From Macrostomum lignano (Eukaryota): 64,000 nucleotides of DNA. The stretch's first letter is position 1. Every line of letters begins with the position of its first letter. Below the pieces are notes generated by a model that saw only the letters and a program-made list of their open reading frames with translations, searched no databases and was not told the origin of the DNA. Location: NCBI GenBank assembly GCA_002269645.1, contig NIVC01000611.1:159124-223123 (forward strand), given 5' to 3'. This document shows, in pieces, positions 1 to 12,175 of the stretch. A program made the translations under genes and the position numbers.

Positions 1-145
1 CTGCTAACGAGTGTTTCACACCTGCTCTGTCCAGGTGTCATTAATATTTAATTCTTTCCACCCGCCAGTAAGCTAAGGTATGAATCAATCATCTCCGTTT
101 CAGCCCTGTTCCGCTGTCCCGTCTGTCTCAGAACTTTCGTGCGCA

Positions 146-535
146 GGCAGATTTCCGATCACGTGACCCGGTGCCGGCAGTCCCAGTCGCGTTACCATGG
201 AAACGAGACAGCCGGCGCTAGACGGGCGTCTCAAACCAGAGAGGTGAGTTTAACACAATTTCACATCTCGGCTGGTGAAATTCTTGACGACTCAACAAAT
301 CGAAAGCCTTCTTCATCATCCCGATCGATCCAGCATCCAGCCAGACAGTCTCAACGTCGCAGCTCATCGAAACTCCCGGACATCGGAGCCGGAGCTCCTG
401 GCGCAACTGCAGCCGCTGGAAATTGCGGCGGCAGTCAGCAGAGACGGGCAGCAGGAAACGCGCCGCAGAAGCAGCAATCAACACGTGGCAAGCGCGGCTC
501 TGTGCCGGCGCAGCAGCAAGAGTCGAAGCTGAAGT
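146..535 (+). other. Two exon-like GC-rich segments (about 146-243 and 310-535) of an unidentified gene, coding or 5' UTR
   Basis: GTGAGT donors after 243 and 535, AG acceptor at 308-309. The joined frame is open (…RRASQTRE/PSSSSRSIQHPARQ…QQESKL) but low-complexity, with no recognisable domain. Confidence 0.3.
191..204. promoter_or_regulatory. RFX X-box motif (GTTACCATGGAAAC), typical of ciliary-gene promoters
   Basis: Exact 14-bp match to the X-box consensus GTNNCC-AT-GGNAAC. An E-box (CACGTG) lies about 30 bp upstream and a GTGAGT donor follows at 244. Confidence 0.6.
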
Positions 536-1051
536 GAGTCTTGTTTTATAATGATTTAACAACACGATTAATAATAATATTAGCAGTAGGGCTTCCGCGA
601 CATCGGTCCGCAACCAGCGCTGAGGCAATTCTGCCCACCCCGCTGACTCCGGAGCGAATAAAAGAGCGCCAGTGCTGTACGGGCTTTACAACCATCCGAG
701 CTGTCAATTACTTATCTTCGAGTCTTTGAGTGTACAATGATGGTCACGAATCGGAAGAGAGTTAGAAATAGTGAAGTTGCAGTGTATTTTTCGTGAAGAT
801 ATCAATTTTTGCCGAAATTTTCAATGTATGCTACTTAACCGAGTAGCACAGCGCACACATTCAACTATTGAATATTTTCACGTGCGCTCCCATTATTTTT
901 TTCAGCGTCAATTTTTCCGAGCGAATTCACGCAGCTGAGACGGGCGGCTGCCCCAGCTGCAGGCAGCGGTTCGGCCGGCACGCCAGATTCGCCTGCAGCT
1001 GCGGCTTCAAGGCCACGGCAAACAAGGCGTGATTTTCTAACTCTGTAGCAG

Positions 1052-1360
1052 GAGTGCTCAGGTGTGCTTGTGAGTGCTCAGGTGTGCTTGTGAGTGCTCA
1101 GGTGTGCTTGTGAATGCTCAGGTGTGCTTGTGAGTGCTCAGGTGTGCTTGTGAGTGCTCAGGTGTGCTTGTGAGTGCTCAGGTGTGCTTGTGAATGCTCA
1201 GGTGTGCTTGTGAGTGCTCAGGTGTGCTTGTGAGTGCTCAGGTGTGCTTTTGAGTGCTCAGGTGTGCTTGTGAGTGCTCAGGTGTGCTTGTGAGTGCTCA
1301 GGTGTGCTTGTGAGTGCTCAGGTGTGCTTGTGAGTGCTCAGGTGTGCTTAGGGGTGCTCA
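1052..1360. repeat. 20-bp tandem repeat (GAGTGCTCAGGTGTGCTTGT), about 15 copies
   Basis: Directly visible, near-perfect units without spacers. Confidence 0.95.
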
Positions 1361-2658
1361 GACGTGTTCAAATATGATCATGAGCGCTTAGATGCGCTAA
1401 AATTAATACGCTTACAGACTACTTATGTCATAAGGTGCTTCTTTGTTTGCAGATATGCTTATTTGTGCTCAGATTTGTTAAAATGTGCTCCCCAGGCTAA
1501 CAGTGCTCAATATGTGCTCAAAATTATAAATATCTTCTCGCTCAGTTGTCACTTGAAGCCATATTCTCTCGAGGCATCGCTGGTTCCACCGCTTTGCCCC
1601 CAGTAATTGATTTGCTTAGCTGTTAGCATTTATTTCGCTTTGAGCTGTCAATCAAGAAGTCATTTTTTCATTTTTGTTTGTTTCTCACCGAGTTGTTTGT
1701 GTATTTCTGAAATTCTGCGACTTTTCGGAGCCCTAGTTGAGCACAATTTATACATCGAACACAGTTAAATCCACGGCTTGTAGATGTTTAGCGAATGTTT
1801 TATAATTCAATATATATTCGTACTTTATGCAAATATGCTGCCGATATGTAGCGATGGAATCATTTTCTACTGGAAATGGGACTCACTTAGGAGTAGGATT
1901 AACCTAAAATTGATGAAGCTAGGAAAAGTGCACTTTACAAATAATAATTATTATATTAAAGGCAGGTGGCTGTGCGCTCCCTGGCGCACTTTAAGCGACA
2001 TTGTCACACAACCGGCGAGAAGCATTGCTGCCCATTCCGCCGACTCCCCTGAGCAGGCACACAAGCGCGCGGATACGTACGCAGTCACACGCACAGGCAC
2101 ACACTCACACAGGAGTGTACAGCGGCCCTAACTTTATATTTTCGTTAGGCATGTACACTTCACTGTACCTTGGGGGGCTGGCCCTCAAGGGCGTTAATTG
2201 CACGAGCTGAGTTAAGCTGAGATTCCAATTCAGCCCCAAATTAATGTGACTGCACTTGGAATCGAGCCTGGGCCGCTGGCACATCAGAGCATTAAGCTAC
2301 GGCCCCATGCCCTTTACAATACTTGTATGTGAAATCTGTATTAAAAATGGTTCCTTGTGAACTGTTAGCCCGCTGTGCTACAGAAATCAAAGTATTTTAT
2401 TTTCTCTAAATGTATGAAGATGAATTTTTTTGCACTGCATTATTAAATTATTTATTTGCATGTTTAAAAATATAAATATACCTGTAAATATTTTCTTTAT
2501 CAGCTAGGTCTGACTAATGATATTTTATTAAATATTGTCAGTTCTACTTGATGATCGCTACATGTCGGTAGCATTCTTTTAGTAATTTTATATCACGCGG
2601 GGTTGCACTAGCTTTGCATTTTCTATACTTTTCATGGTGTGAAAAATAGCTGAAAAAT

Positions 2659-3340
2659 TGACAGATGATGCTGACAGATGCTGACAGATGCTGAGAGATG
2701 CTGACAGATGCTGACAGATGATGCTGACAGATGCTGCCAGATGCTGACAGATGCTGACAGAGGATGCTGACACACGCTGACAGATGCTGACAGATTCTGA
2801 CAGCTGCTGACAGATGCTGACAGTTGCTGACAGATGATGCTGACAGATGCTGACAGATGCTGAGAGATGCTGACAGTTGCTGACAGATGCTGACACACGC
2901 TGACAGATGCAGACAGATGCTGACAGAGGATGCTGCCAGATGCTGACAGATGCTGAGAGATGCTGAGAGATGCTGACAGTTGCTGACAGATGCTGACACA
3001 CGCTGACACACGCTGACAGATGCTGACAGATTCTGACAGATTCTGACACACGCTGACAGGGGATGCTGCCAGATGCTGACAGATGCTGACAGATGCTGCC
3101 AGATGCTGACAGATGCTGACAGTTGCTGACAGATGATGCTGACACACGCTGACAGATGCTGACAGATTCTGACAGATGCTGACACACGCTGACAGGGGAT
3201 GCTGACAGATGCTGACAGATGCTGACAGAGGATGCTGACAGATGCTGACAGATGCTAGCAGATGATGCTGACAGATGCATACAGATGCTGACAGAGGATG
3301 CTGCCAGATGCTGACAGATGCTGACAGTTGCTGACAGATG
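2659..3340. repeat. Degenerate ~10-bp tandem repeat (GATGCTGACA)
   Basis: Directly visible; the source of the spurious SASVSICQHL ORFs. Confidence 0.95.
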
Positions 3341-3883
3341 AATGGTGTTAATCTCTGACAAGTCTCTATCAGTGACTGAGGTATTTCATCACAGCAAAAT
3401 TGGAGCTGTTGAGAGGGCAGCGGGGCCAGTGTGAGTGGGCGGAATTCGCAGTGACTGCACCGAAGCGGCAAACTCAGAGGGCTCCATACAATCTGTACAC
3501 CTCATCACTTTGCTGAGAACAAAAGCGAAATGTGGAGAGGCAGCGCATTCTCCAGAATAAGCTCAGATATTTTCAATTGTTTTTCTGCTGCAGTTGAGCA
3601 TTTGTTTGTGTGGGGTGAGCAGCGCCAATGAGCAGAGCGGCAACTGAGAGCTTAATAGAGCAATCTCAAATGCAAATGGGGCCACTCTGGGTTGAGTAAA
3701 CAGCTGCGAGAGAGACGCTGAGTCACAAGTAAATACATTTTTCACTTGCCCGCTGATAAGAAACTGTCGTGTTTGCCTGCGGCAGGTCAAGTTATCGACA
3801 CTGAATCTTATGCAGGTGAGGAAGATATAGCGCGATAGTGAGACAGACAATAAGATAGACAGCGAGCTTGACAGTAAAATATA

Positions 3884-4293
3884 GTGAGATACAGGGTGAG
3901 ATAGACATTGAGATACAGGGTGAGATAGACATTGAGATAGACAGTGAGATAGACAGTGAGATAGAGTGAGATAGACAGTGAGATAGACAGTAAGATAGAC
4001 AGTGAGATAGACAGTGAGATAGAGTGAGATAGACAGTGAGATAGAGTGAGATAGACAGTGAGATAGAGTGAGATAGACAGTGAGATAGAGTGAGATAGAC
4101 AGGGAGATAGACAGTAAGATAGACAGTAAGATAGACAGTGAGATAGAGTGAGATAGACAGTGAGATAGAGTGAGATAGACAGTGAGATAGAGTGAGATAG
4201 ACAGTGAGATAGAGTGAGATAGACAGTGAGATAGAGTGAGATAGAGTGAGATAGACAGTGAGATAGAGTGAGATAGACAGTGAGATAGACACA
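3884..4293. repeat. Mixed 10/12-bp tandem repeat (GAGATAGAGT / GAGATAGACAGT)
   Basis: Directly visible, immediately upstream of the EF-hand gene start codon. Confidence 0.95.
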
Positions 4294-4329
4294 GCGACAC
4301 CGAGAGTCAAGCGAGAGTCAGCGATCATC

Positions 4330-6435
4330 ATGGGCGGTTGCTTCGCAAAGCCGGGCATCAAGCCGGCTGAAAGGGCAGCCGCAATGGAAAAGTACAAACG
4401 TGAGTAGAATTTGATAGCTGAAAATTCGGAGCGGTGAGCTGAACTTTCAAATGGATCTCGAAACTTTCAATTTTTAGTATCGGAAGAGGAAATCAGAAAA
4501 ATTGAAGAATTTTTTTACGACTGCGCTTCGAAGAGAAAATACGTGACTTACTCGGTGAGTCCCTGTGATCTGTTCTACCACCTGCCATCCACAATCTACC
4601 ACCTGCCATCCACAATCTACCACCTGCCGTCCACAATCTACCACCTGCCATCCACAATCTACCACCTGCCATCTACAATCTACCACCTGCCATCTACAAT
4701 CTACCACCTGCCATCCACAATCTACCACTTGCCATCTACAATCTACCACCTGCCATCCACAATCTACCACCTGCCATCCACAATCTACCACCTGCCATCC
4801 ACAATCTACCACCTGCCATCCACAATCAAACATCCGTAATCCACAATCAAACATCCGTCATCCACAATCTGTCATCCGTAATTCACAATCTGCAATCTAC
4901 TATGCACAACTTACCATTCGGCACTCACAGTCTACCATCTACAATTTACAATCTGCCATCTGCTGCAATCTATCATATACAAGCAAGCACTTACAATCTG
5001 CCAGCTACCCTCAGGGCTTCCGCACGCTCTACGCGAGCTCCCGGTTCGACCAAGAAGAGGCGGACATGCAGGCGGTGTTCCGGACGATTGCCCGGCCACC
5101 TCAGCTAGATGGTCGAATCGATTTCGACTCGTTTGTTCGACTCATCCTGCTGTGCAACCGCGGCAAAGAAGTTGAAGGCGCGAGCGAGGAGGATAGGATG
5201 AGAGGTGAGGCGTTGCTGACTGACTGTGTCAGTAAATTTGTCATCAAATGTGTCAGTAAATGTGTCAGCAAATGTGTTAGCAAATGTGTCATCAAATGTG
5301 TCAGTAAATGTGTCAGTAAATGTGGCAGCAAATGTGTCAGCAAATGTGTCAGCAAATGTGTCAGTAAATGTGGCAGCAAATGTGTCAGCAAATGTGTCAG
5401 CAAATGTGTCAGCAAATGTGTCAGCAAATGTGTCAGCAAATGTGTCAGCAAATGTGTCAGTAAATGTGTCAGCAAATGTGTTAGCAAATGTGTCATCAAA
5501 TGTGTCAGTAAATGTGTCAGTAAATGTGTCAGCAAATGTGTCAGCAAATGTGTCAGCAAATGTGTCAGTAAATGTGTCAGCAAATGTGTTAGCAAATGTG
5601 TCATCAAATGTGTCAGTAAATGTGTCAGTAAATGTGGCAGCAAATGTGTCAGCAAATGTGTCAGCAAATGTGTCAGCAAATGTGTCAGTAAATGTGGCAG
5701 CAAATGTGTCAGCAAATGTGTCAGCAAATGTGTCAGCAAATGTGTCAGCAAATGTGTCAGCAAATGTGTCATCAAATGTGTTAGTAAATGTGTTAGCATC
5801 TAGCATCCACAATCTACCATCCAGTAAATTCACAAATAGATTAGTCAGCAACTTTGTCAGTTAAATCATCAGAATATGACTCAGCAACTTTGTCAGTTAA
5901 ATCATCAGAATATGAGTCAGCAACTTTGTCAGTTAAAGCATCAGAATATGAGTCAGCAACTTTGTCAGTTAAAACATCAGAATATGAGTCAGCAACTTTG
6001 TCAGTTAAAGCATCAGAATATGAGTCAGCAACTTTGTCAGTTAAAGCATCAGAATATGAGTCAGCAATATTGTCAGACCACAAAGTTGACAGAAATTTCT
6101 GGCACCATCATATCCGTATCGCAGTTCTCTTCGACGTGATGGACTCAGACGGCAGCGAGTCCATATCGAAGCCGGAATTCCAGCGGTTTCTACTGAATTT
6201 CGTGGATGACGATACGGCCACAAGCCAGATGTTTGACAAGCTGGATTCGGTAGGACTGGAAACTGTTTTATTAGCAACAGTGATTAGAATTGACTGTCAA
6301 AACCCTGTAATTAGCAACCAAACAAAATTTCAGGATCAGAGTGAAGAGATCGACTTCCAAGAATTCAGCTCGTTTTGCAAATCCAACAGGAAAGTGTACA
6401 GGAAAATGTGCCTCTACGTGTTCCCCTCGGGCTGA
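4330..6435 (+). CDS. EF-hand calcium-binding protein, NCS/recoverin/calcineurin-B-like, with an N-terminal MG myristoylation motif (187 aa)
   Basis: Exons 4330-4399, 4478-4554, 5015-5204, 6125-6249 and 6334-6435, all GT-AG with matching phases (564 nt). Protein MGGCFAKPGIKPAERAAAMEKYKLSEEEIRKIEEFF…LDGRIDFDSF…VLFDVMDSDGSESISKPEF…FDKLDSDQSEEIDFQEF…VFPSG*. Canonical EF loops DSDGSESISKPE and DSDQSEEIDFQE. Confidence 0.85.
4577..4830. repeat. 21-bp tandem repeat (ACCACCTGCCATCCACAATCT) in intron 2 of the EF-hand gene
   Basis: Directly visible, about 12 copies, decaying towards 4960. Confidence 0.95.
5225..5800. repeat. 12-bp tandem repeat (AAATGTGTCAGC) in intron 3 of the EF-hand gene
   Basis: Directly visible, about 47 copies. 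Confidence 0.95.
5845..6075. repeat. 33-bp tandem repeat (TCAGCAACTTTGTCAGTTAAAGCATCAGAATATGAG-type) in intron 3
   Basis: Directly visible, about 7 copies, abutting the 12-mer array. Confidence 0.9.
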
Positions 6436-7178
6436 CGTCACTCTGACCAACCACCAATGACGTCATTGAAAAAAATGTTCTAAATATGAAAAAATATGCT
6501 GATTGTAAAAGACTTTTTTCTTCTAATCAGGTCGAGCAATTGTAAATTTTTGGTGTCATTGCTGAAATTGAAATATTTAAAATTTGTTGTTTGAAGCTGC
6601 CTGGTGCAAATAAACTGTGGTTTTTCCTAAGAATTTCAGTGTTTTATATATAAGCTTGGGCTCGCACGGGCGTATTCAGCATGCCAGTGAAGTATGAGAC
6701 AGACCAGGCCTATGGGCTAAGGTCTGCGATGCTCTACGCCTGCCCCTATCTTCAGCAGGTAAAGGCTGGTGGGAGGTCTGCACCCTCTATTTGCCGCTGG
6801 CAGCCGCAGACCCCCCCCCCATGCTGTCTCGCAAGCCGACCCAGGGGTACCCGTCCCCGCGTGTGTTCAAGGCAGACCCTAGGGCTGCCGGACTGACTGG
6901 GCTCCGGCGCTGGGGACCCATCCAGTGGCTTTTGCCGAACATGGGTATGCGGGTCTGGCTCGCCAGTCCGCAGGCCGTGGTGCTGCTCAACGTACCCTCT
7001 AATGCCTAAGGTGTTCGACCGTGCCGCTGGGCTGGAAGGCCGGGGAGTAGTCCGGTCGCAAGCCGTCCCCCTGCTGGTGTCGGGCCAGCCTTGAGGGTTC
7101 TTTTGGCCTACTGCCCGGTCAGGTGGAGCGGCCGGGTGGGTACCGCGCCCCTTCGAGGGTAGCCCACCAACCTTTATC

Positions 7179-8750
7179 ATGGCCTTCGAGCCGACTATGG
7201 ATAAAAACCCTATTTCTAGGGATGGGGACCCTTCTAAACCCCAACCTCAGTCCGAAGGACCGGCCCTGCTGGCAGATCCCAACCGACTGATTCATCTGTG
7301 GCAAAGGAAGGACCGGCTGGCTCTGCTGGCAGATCCCAACCGACTGATTCAACCGTGGCAAAGGGAGGACCGGCTGGCTCTGCTGGCAGATCCAACCAGA
7401 GCTGCCAAACTCAAAGTATCCAAAGACCTGCCAGCTCTGCTGGTGGATCTAAGGGAACCGCGAGCTCTGAGCCTAAAGGACCGGCCAAATCTGGCAGATC
7501 CGACGAAGCTCAACGGGCTCGGCTCGAGCGCAAACGCGCTAAGCAACGCGACAAAAGGCAGGCCAAGAAGGGAGCTGCGGGGCCAATGCGGCGGCGTCCA
7601 CCATGGATGCTGAAGCGACTGGCGTCCCAAGGCAACCAGACGGGCCGGCCGGTGGAAGCTCTGGTAGTACAGCGGCGGCACTCCCTGGAGATGCCGCTGC
7701 GGCTGCTGAGGCCGAAACCACGGCGCAACAAATGGCCACTGCCAACAAGGAGGTTCCTTCGGGAGCTACCTTTGCGGCGAAGGCCAAGGCCAAAATCCCG
7801 GGAGTGATCATCCAAGGTCGCGACCAGGACTAGACCACTGGTCAGCTTCAAAAAGTGTGGAGTGCTGTTGACTCCTACCTGATTGAGCTGACTGTCGAGG
7901 AGGGAATCTCCATCGGCATTGAGCGGATGGTGCTGCGAAGCACATTCGTTCTGATTGCTCCTAGCAGTGAGGAGGACGCTCAGCAGCTCCAGCCGACGGT
8001 CTCCTTAGACGCTGACCTCGGCGGAGCTCTTTTTCTTCTCGAAGGCCAGCGTCCAAAGACAATACCCTATGTGGTGTTTTTGTCCGTGCTAAGAGCACCG
8101 CAGCTGGACCAGACGTTATCCACCGGGTCCTACTGCGTCTGAACCGTAACCTCCCTGCTAGTGGACTGGTGTATCACCGCAAAGTCCGCAGGGGGGAGAC
8201 GGGCAACTCAATTGTATTCGGCCTCTCCAACGCTTGGGTGAGTCGTTACCCTAGCGGATCCTCTTTCCAGCTGGGTGCCCTCAAGCTCAAGATGCGCCGA
8301 GGAAAGTCTGCCAAAGGGAAGGCTTCTGCCAACCCCGGCATCTCCGGCAAGAGTGGGGTGCAGTCTAAGGCCCAAGGAAAGGCGCAAGCCGATCCCAAAG
8401 CCGGAGCTGCGTCTTGCCCCTCTGCTAGCAGCAATTCGGCGACCGAGGTGACGGCTCCGGCCCAGCCCCGGGAACCGAACCTGCCTGCCGGAGAAGGAGT
8501 TGAGGACGAGGCCGGGTCTTCGGAATCCGAGCTCTCCTCGGCCACCCTGGTGGGGTCTGAAGGCAAAGATGCAGATGAGGAAGCTTCCTCTATCCTGTCA
8601 TCGGAGCCCGAGGACTCTGCTGGAGGGGGGGGGGCTGGTTGGGGTGAGGAGGCCATGGACATGACCAACTCCCGTCTCCTAGTCAAGCCCCAACGGCCTG
8701 GGACGAGGACGATTTGCTGTCCAAGTCTCCTTGATGACCCGGGGTTCTAG
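7179..8750 (+). pseudogene. LINE ORF1 (low-complexity N-terminus with 60-bp repeats, then a DUF4780-like region); frameshifted
   Basis: Pieces lie in three frames, with an in-frame TAG at 7831-7833. The segment RNLPASGLVYHRKVRRGETGNSIVFGL…FQLGALKLKMR resembles ORF1 domains of LOA/R1 elements (from recalled family knowledge, not a search). Confidence 0.55.
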
Positions 8751-8773
8751 CCAGCTACTGCATTTAATACAGT

Positions 8774-11700
8774 ATGACTAAGCTCCATGCTGCCAAAGGA
8801 GCAACATTCTGTCTGCAAATAAATTTACAGCATTGCGTATCTGCGTCAGTAAATCTGATGAAGATTGCTGAGACGTACAGGCCAGGCGTCATCCTGATCC
8901 AGGAACACTGGATGCGCAACGGTAAGTTGCCCAACATTCCTTCTGGCTACTATGATTTTTATGTGTGTGGCCCGGGGAACAACCGCCCTAGAGCGGCTGC
9001 CAGCCATCTCCAGGCTTGGCTGAGGACTGATCTCTCTGATGGAGACCTTTGTGTCATCCAATCTAATCATCTCTCTTCGCGTACGTGTCTCGTTGCCTCG
9101 ATTTACATCCCAGGCGACAGAGACCCTCCACCTGAGAGTCTACTGCGCCTTATGCAGTACTGCGAGTCCCAGAACGCTGAGCTGTGCTTAGGGGGCGATC
9201 TCAACGCGCACCATAAGCACTGGGGCAGCAAAGACACCAATACTAGAGGGGAGGAGCTTCTGGCCCTTATCTCTAACACAAAACTCATGCTCTGCAACCG
9301 CGGCAGCACTCCTACCTTTAACAGTGGCAGATGGACCGAGGTCCTCGACGCCACACTCGTTACCCCAAGACTCTTTGACAGAGTTGAGGAGTGGAGAGTC
9401 TGGTCTGAGGAGCCCTCCCTGTCTGACCACTGCTTTATCGTCTTTAACATTGCGGACACTAAACCTCAGTCCTCGATCACTTGGAGGCGTAACATCCGCA
9501 ACACTGATTGGGCAGCCTATAAGGCTACCCTTGATCTGCATCTGCAGGAACTCACGGACTTACGTCCGATTGAGACCTACGAGGATGTGGACCATGCAGC
9601 TGAGACGCTGACAGGTTGCATTATTGCAGCCTATGAAGCGGCCTGCCCTGTCCATGCCTACAAAGGCAAGACCTCGGCGCCGTGGTGGAACCCGGAGCTG
9701 GGGAAACTCAGGCGGAAGGCCAAAAGCCTTCACCGCCGTGTCATGAAGACCGGGAACCCGGAGGACATGGAGCTTTTCCGGCAAACCTCCCGCAACTTCA
9801 AATCTGAAGTGCTCAAGACCAAGGGATGTAAATGGCGCCAATTCTGCAATGAGTTGGATCAAGGCAGACCTATTTCTAAGCTTGTCAAGGCCCTTACAAT
9901 GGACAAAATGTCCAAATTAGCCATGATCAGAAAAGATGATGGCTCTCTTACTAAAGACCCTGAAAAAGTGCTTCAGCATATGCTCAGCACATTCTTCCCG
10001 AGGGTACCCACTACTAGATCGGAACCCAACCATTCGATGGATGGAGCCTCCCTAGCGGCGGGAATTATCACGTGCGGTCAGAACCTTCACGCCCTTCAAA
10101 TCTCCTGGACCTGATGGTATCTACCCTGTTCTTCTTCGTGAAGCAGCCAAGATACCCTCGTTCCTGAGACCTATCCGCAATCTCATGCGGGCCTCTATCC
10201 AGCTGGGATACGTTCCCAAGTGCTGGACCGAAGGACCAGGTAGTCTTCATTCCCTGGGAAGGGTGACTACCAGAGCGTCAAGGCCTTTAGGCCAATTAGC
10301 TTAACGTCAGCAATGCTTAAGCTCACTGAGAGGCTTATTCTCTGGCGGCTGCTTTCTTGCGAGCTGACAGCAATGCCCCTCAGCAATAATCAGCACGCCT
10401 TCCGTACCGGGAGGTCGACTGACGGCGCCCTGCATGCGATAGTCGAAAAGATTGAACGGGTGGTACTGGGTGACGGTTACGCCCTGGCTCTTTTTCTCGA
10501 CATTGTTGGCGCCTTCGACAACGTTATCTTTGAAGCGTTTCAGAGGGCCCTTCAAAACCGCAAAGCTCACGCTACCCTCATACGGTGGATCATGTATATG
10601 ATCTCTAACCGTACGGTCACTGCCCAACTTCTCGGGCAAGCTGCCTCCGCCAGAGTCTGTAAGGGTGGACCCCAAGGCGGAGTCCTCACCCCGACGCTCT
10701 GGAACCTGGTCATGGACGCTCTTCTGGGCGACTCCCGACCTGATCTCGTCTTCAAAGTCGGGTATGCTGACGACGTCACTGCCATTGTGGCTGGACCGTC
10801 TCCCAGCACGCTCAGGGATCTGATGCAGAGCTTTATCCGCAAAGCAAAATCCTGGGCCAATGACAATGGTCTGGAACTCTCTGAGCCCAAAACTGTTGCC
10901 ATTATGTTCACCAGTAGAATACGCTGGAAGATACGACCTCTGCAGTTATACGGCAGAGATATTGCCTTCGCGCACCAGACTACTTGCCTCGGGGTCATAC
11001 TCGACCACCGGCTCAACTGGTCTTTCCACGTGAAATGTGCTTGGCACTTCTTGGGGTCTTTCCCCAAAGCGGCTTTGGTGGATCTACACTTCCGTTGTTA
11101 GACCTGCCATTACGTACGCCTCGGTTGTCTGGGTCAGCGCTACCCAGGTCAAAAGTCATGCAGATTTGCTCAACACGATCCAGGGCAGAGCGTGTAGGCT
11201 CATCTGCAACGCCACCAGGTCCACGCCCTTTGCCGGCATCGGGGCCTTCCTTAATCTACCGCCTCTCGACCTCTTCGTCAGGGGTGAGGCGGCTAGAACG
11301 ACGCGGCGTTTACTTGATACTGGTGTCAAATTACTTTACATGAGGGCGCCTGCTAAGCGGAACCTCGTCCCGCATCGACCTGTGCCTCAAAATTCTCAAC
11401 GAGTGTCAGGCCAATCGAGTCTTCACCGATGGCATTGCCTCAACGCTCAACCTGAGACAACGCTACTCTGTAGCTATCGACTCGCGCGATACCATCAATG
11501 ACCACTGGAACCCTGGTGAGCTTCACTGCTACACCGACGGTTCTAAGCAGTCAGCCAACACCGGTTTTGGTGTTGGAATCTTCCTGAACGGGAGGGTCAT
11601 CGCAACCCACGCTCAGTACACTGGGGTCAACTCCAGTGTCTTCCAAAATGAAGTTCTCGCCATCAGCTCCTGCAATGCAGAGCTCCTCGCCACTGGCGTA

Positions 11701-12175
11701 ACCGGTAAGAACATCATATTTCATTCGGACAGCCAAGCTGCCTTGTACGCCATCAGTGGCTGCAGCACCAACTCTGCTACAGTCCTCGACTGTATCAAAC
11801 TCCTCAACATGTTGGGTTCCACCAACAAAATCACCCTTAAGTGGATCCCGGGGCATGTGGGAATCCGAGGAAATGAGTTGGCTGACGCCCTTGCAAATTT
11901 TGGCGCCTCCGGCTCCTCTCTTGGTCCCGAACCCCTTGTCCCGATTCCTGGCTGTGTCATCGACTCGCGCATCAAGGCGTGGATCAGGACCCAGCACCGC
12001 TCGACTTGGGCAAACTGCACTACCTGCAGGCAATCCAGAGGCGCTGTCCCTCAGCCCTCTCACCAGCTCCGGAAGCTCCTCTTACGCGTCTCACGCAGAG
12101 ACATCCGGGCTGCCACCATGACCCTCTCAGGTCACGGCTGCTTCTCTAGGCATCAGTACCTGCAGGGCACCTACC
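8774..12175 (+). pseudogene. LINE ORF2: apurinic endonuclease + reverse transcriptase + RNase H; several frameshifts
   Basis: ORF fragments 8774-10114, 10313-11101, 11037-11501 and ~11500-12204 are colinear with a pol polyprotein. The RNase H acidic residues are retained. Confidence 0.9.

Larger units (their letters stand above)
6655..12175 (+). mobile_element. Non-LTR retrotransposon (R1/LOA, Lian-like) with ORF1 plus APE-RT-RNase H; decayed and 3'-truncated
   Basis: Structured GC-rich 5' UTR followed by a frameshifted ORF1. APE motifs: INLQH, LIQEHW, GGDLNAHH, SDH. RT motifs: FLDIVGAFDNV, GPQGGVLTPTLWNL, YADD. WGLSPKRLWWIYTSVVRPAITY block. RNase H motifs: YTDGSK, FQNEVLAI, SDSQAA, WIPGHVGIRGNELAD. 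Homology stops after LSGHGCFSRHQY, before the expected zinc finger. Boundaries approximate. Confidence 0.9.

Noticed and set aside
2544-6139. Long ORFs such as SASVSICQHL, CVSKCVSK, LLTHLLTH and HLPSTIY
   Set aside because: They are translations of stop-free tandem repeats in several frames, located in introns or intergenic DNA; only the short embedded exons are real.
6655-7180. HDV-like ribozyme at the LINE 5' end
   Set aside because: No P3-L3(TCCNCGY)-P3-P1-GG arrangement with a matching P2 could be assembled by eye; only generic hairpins were seen.
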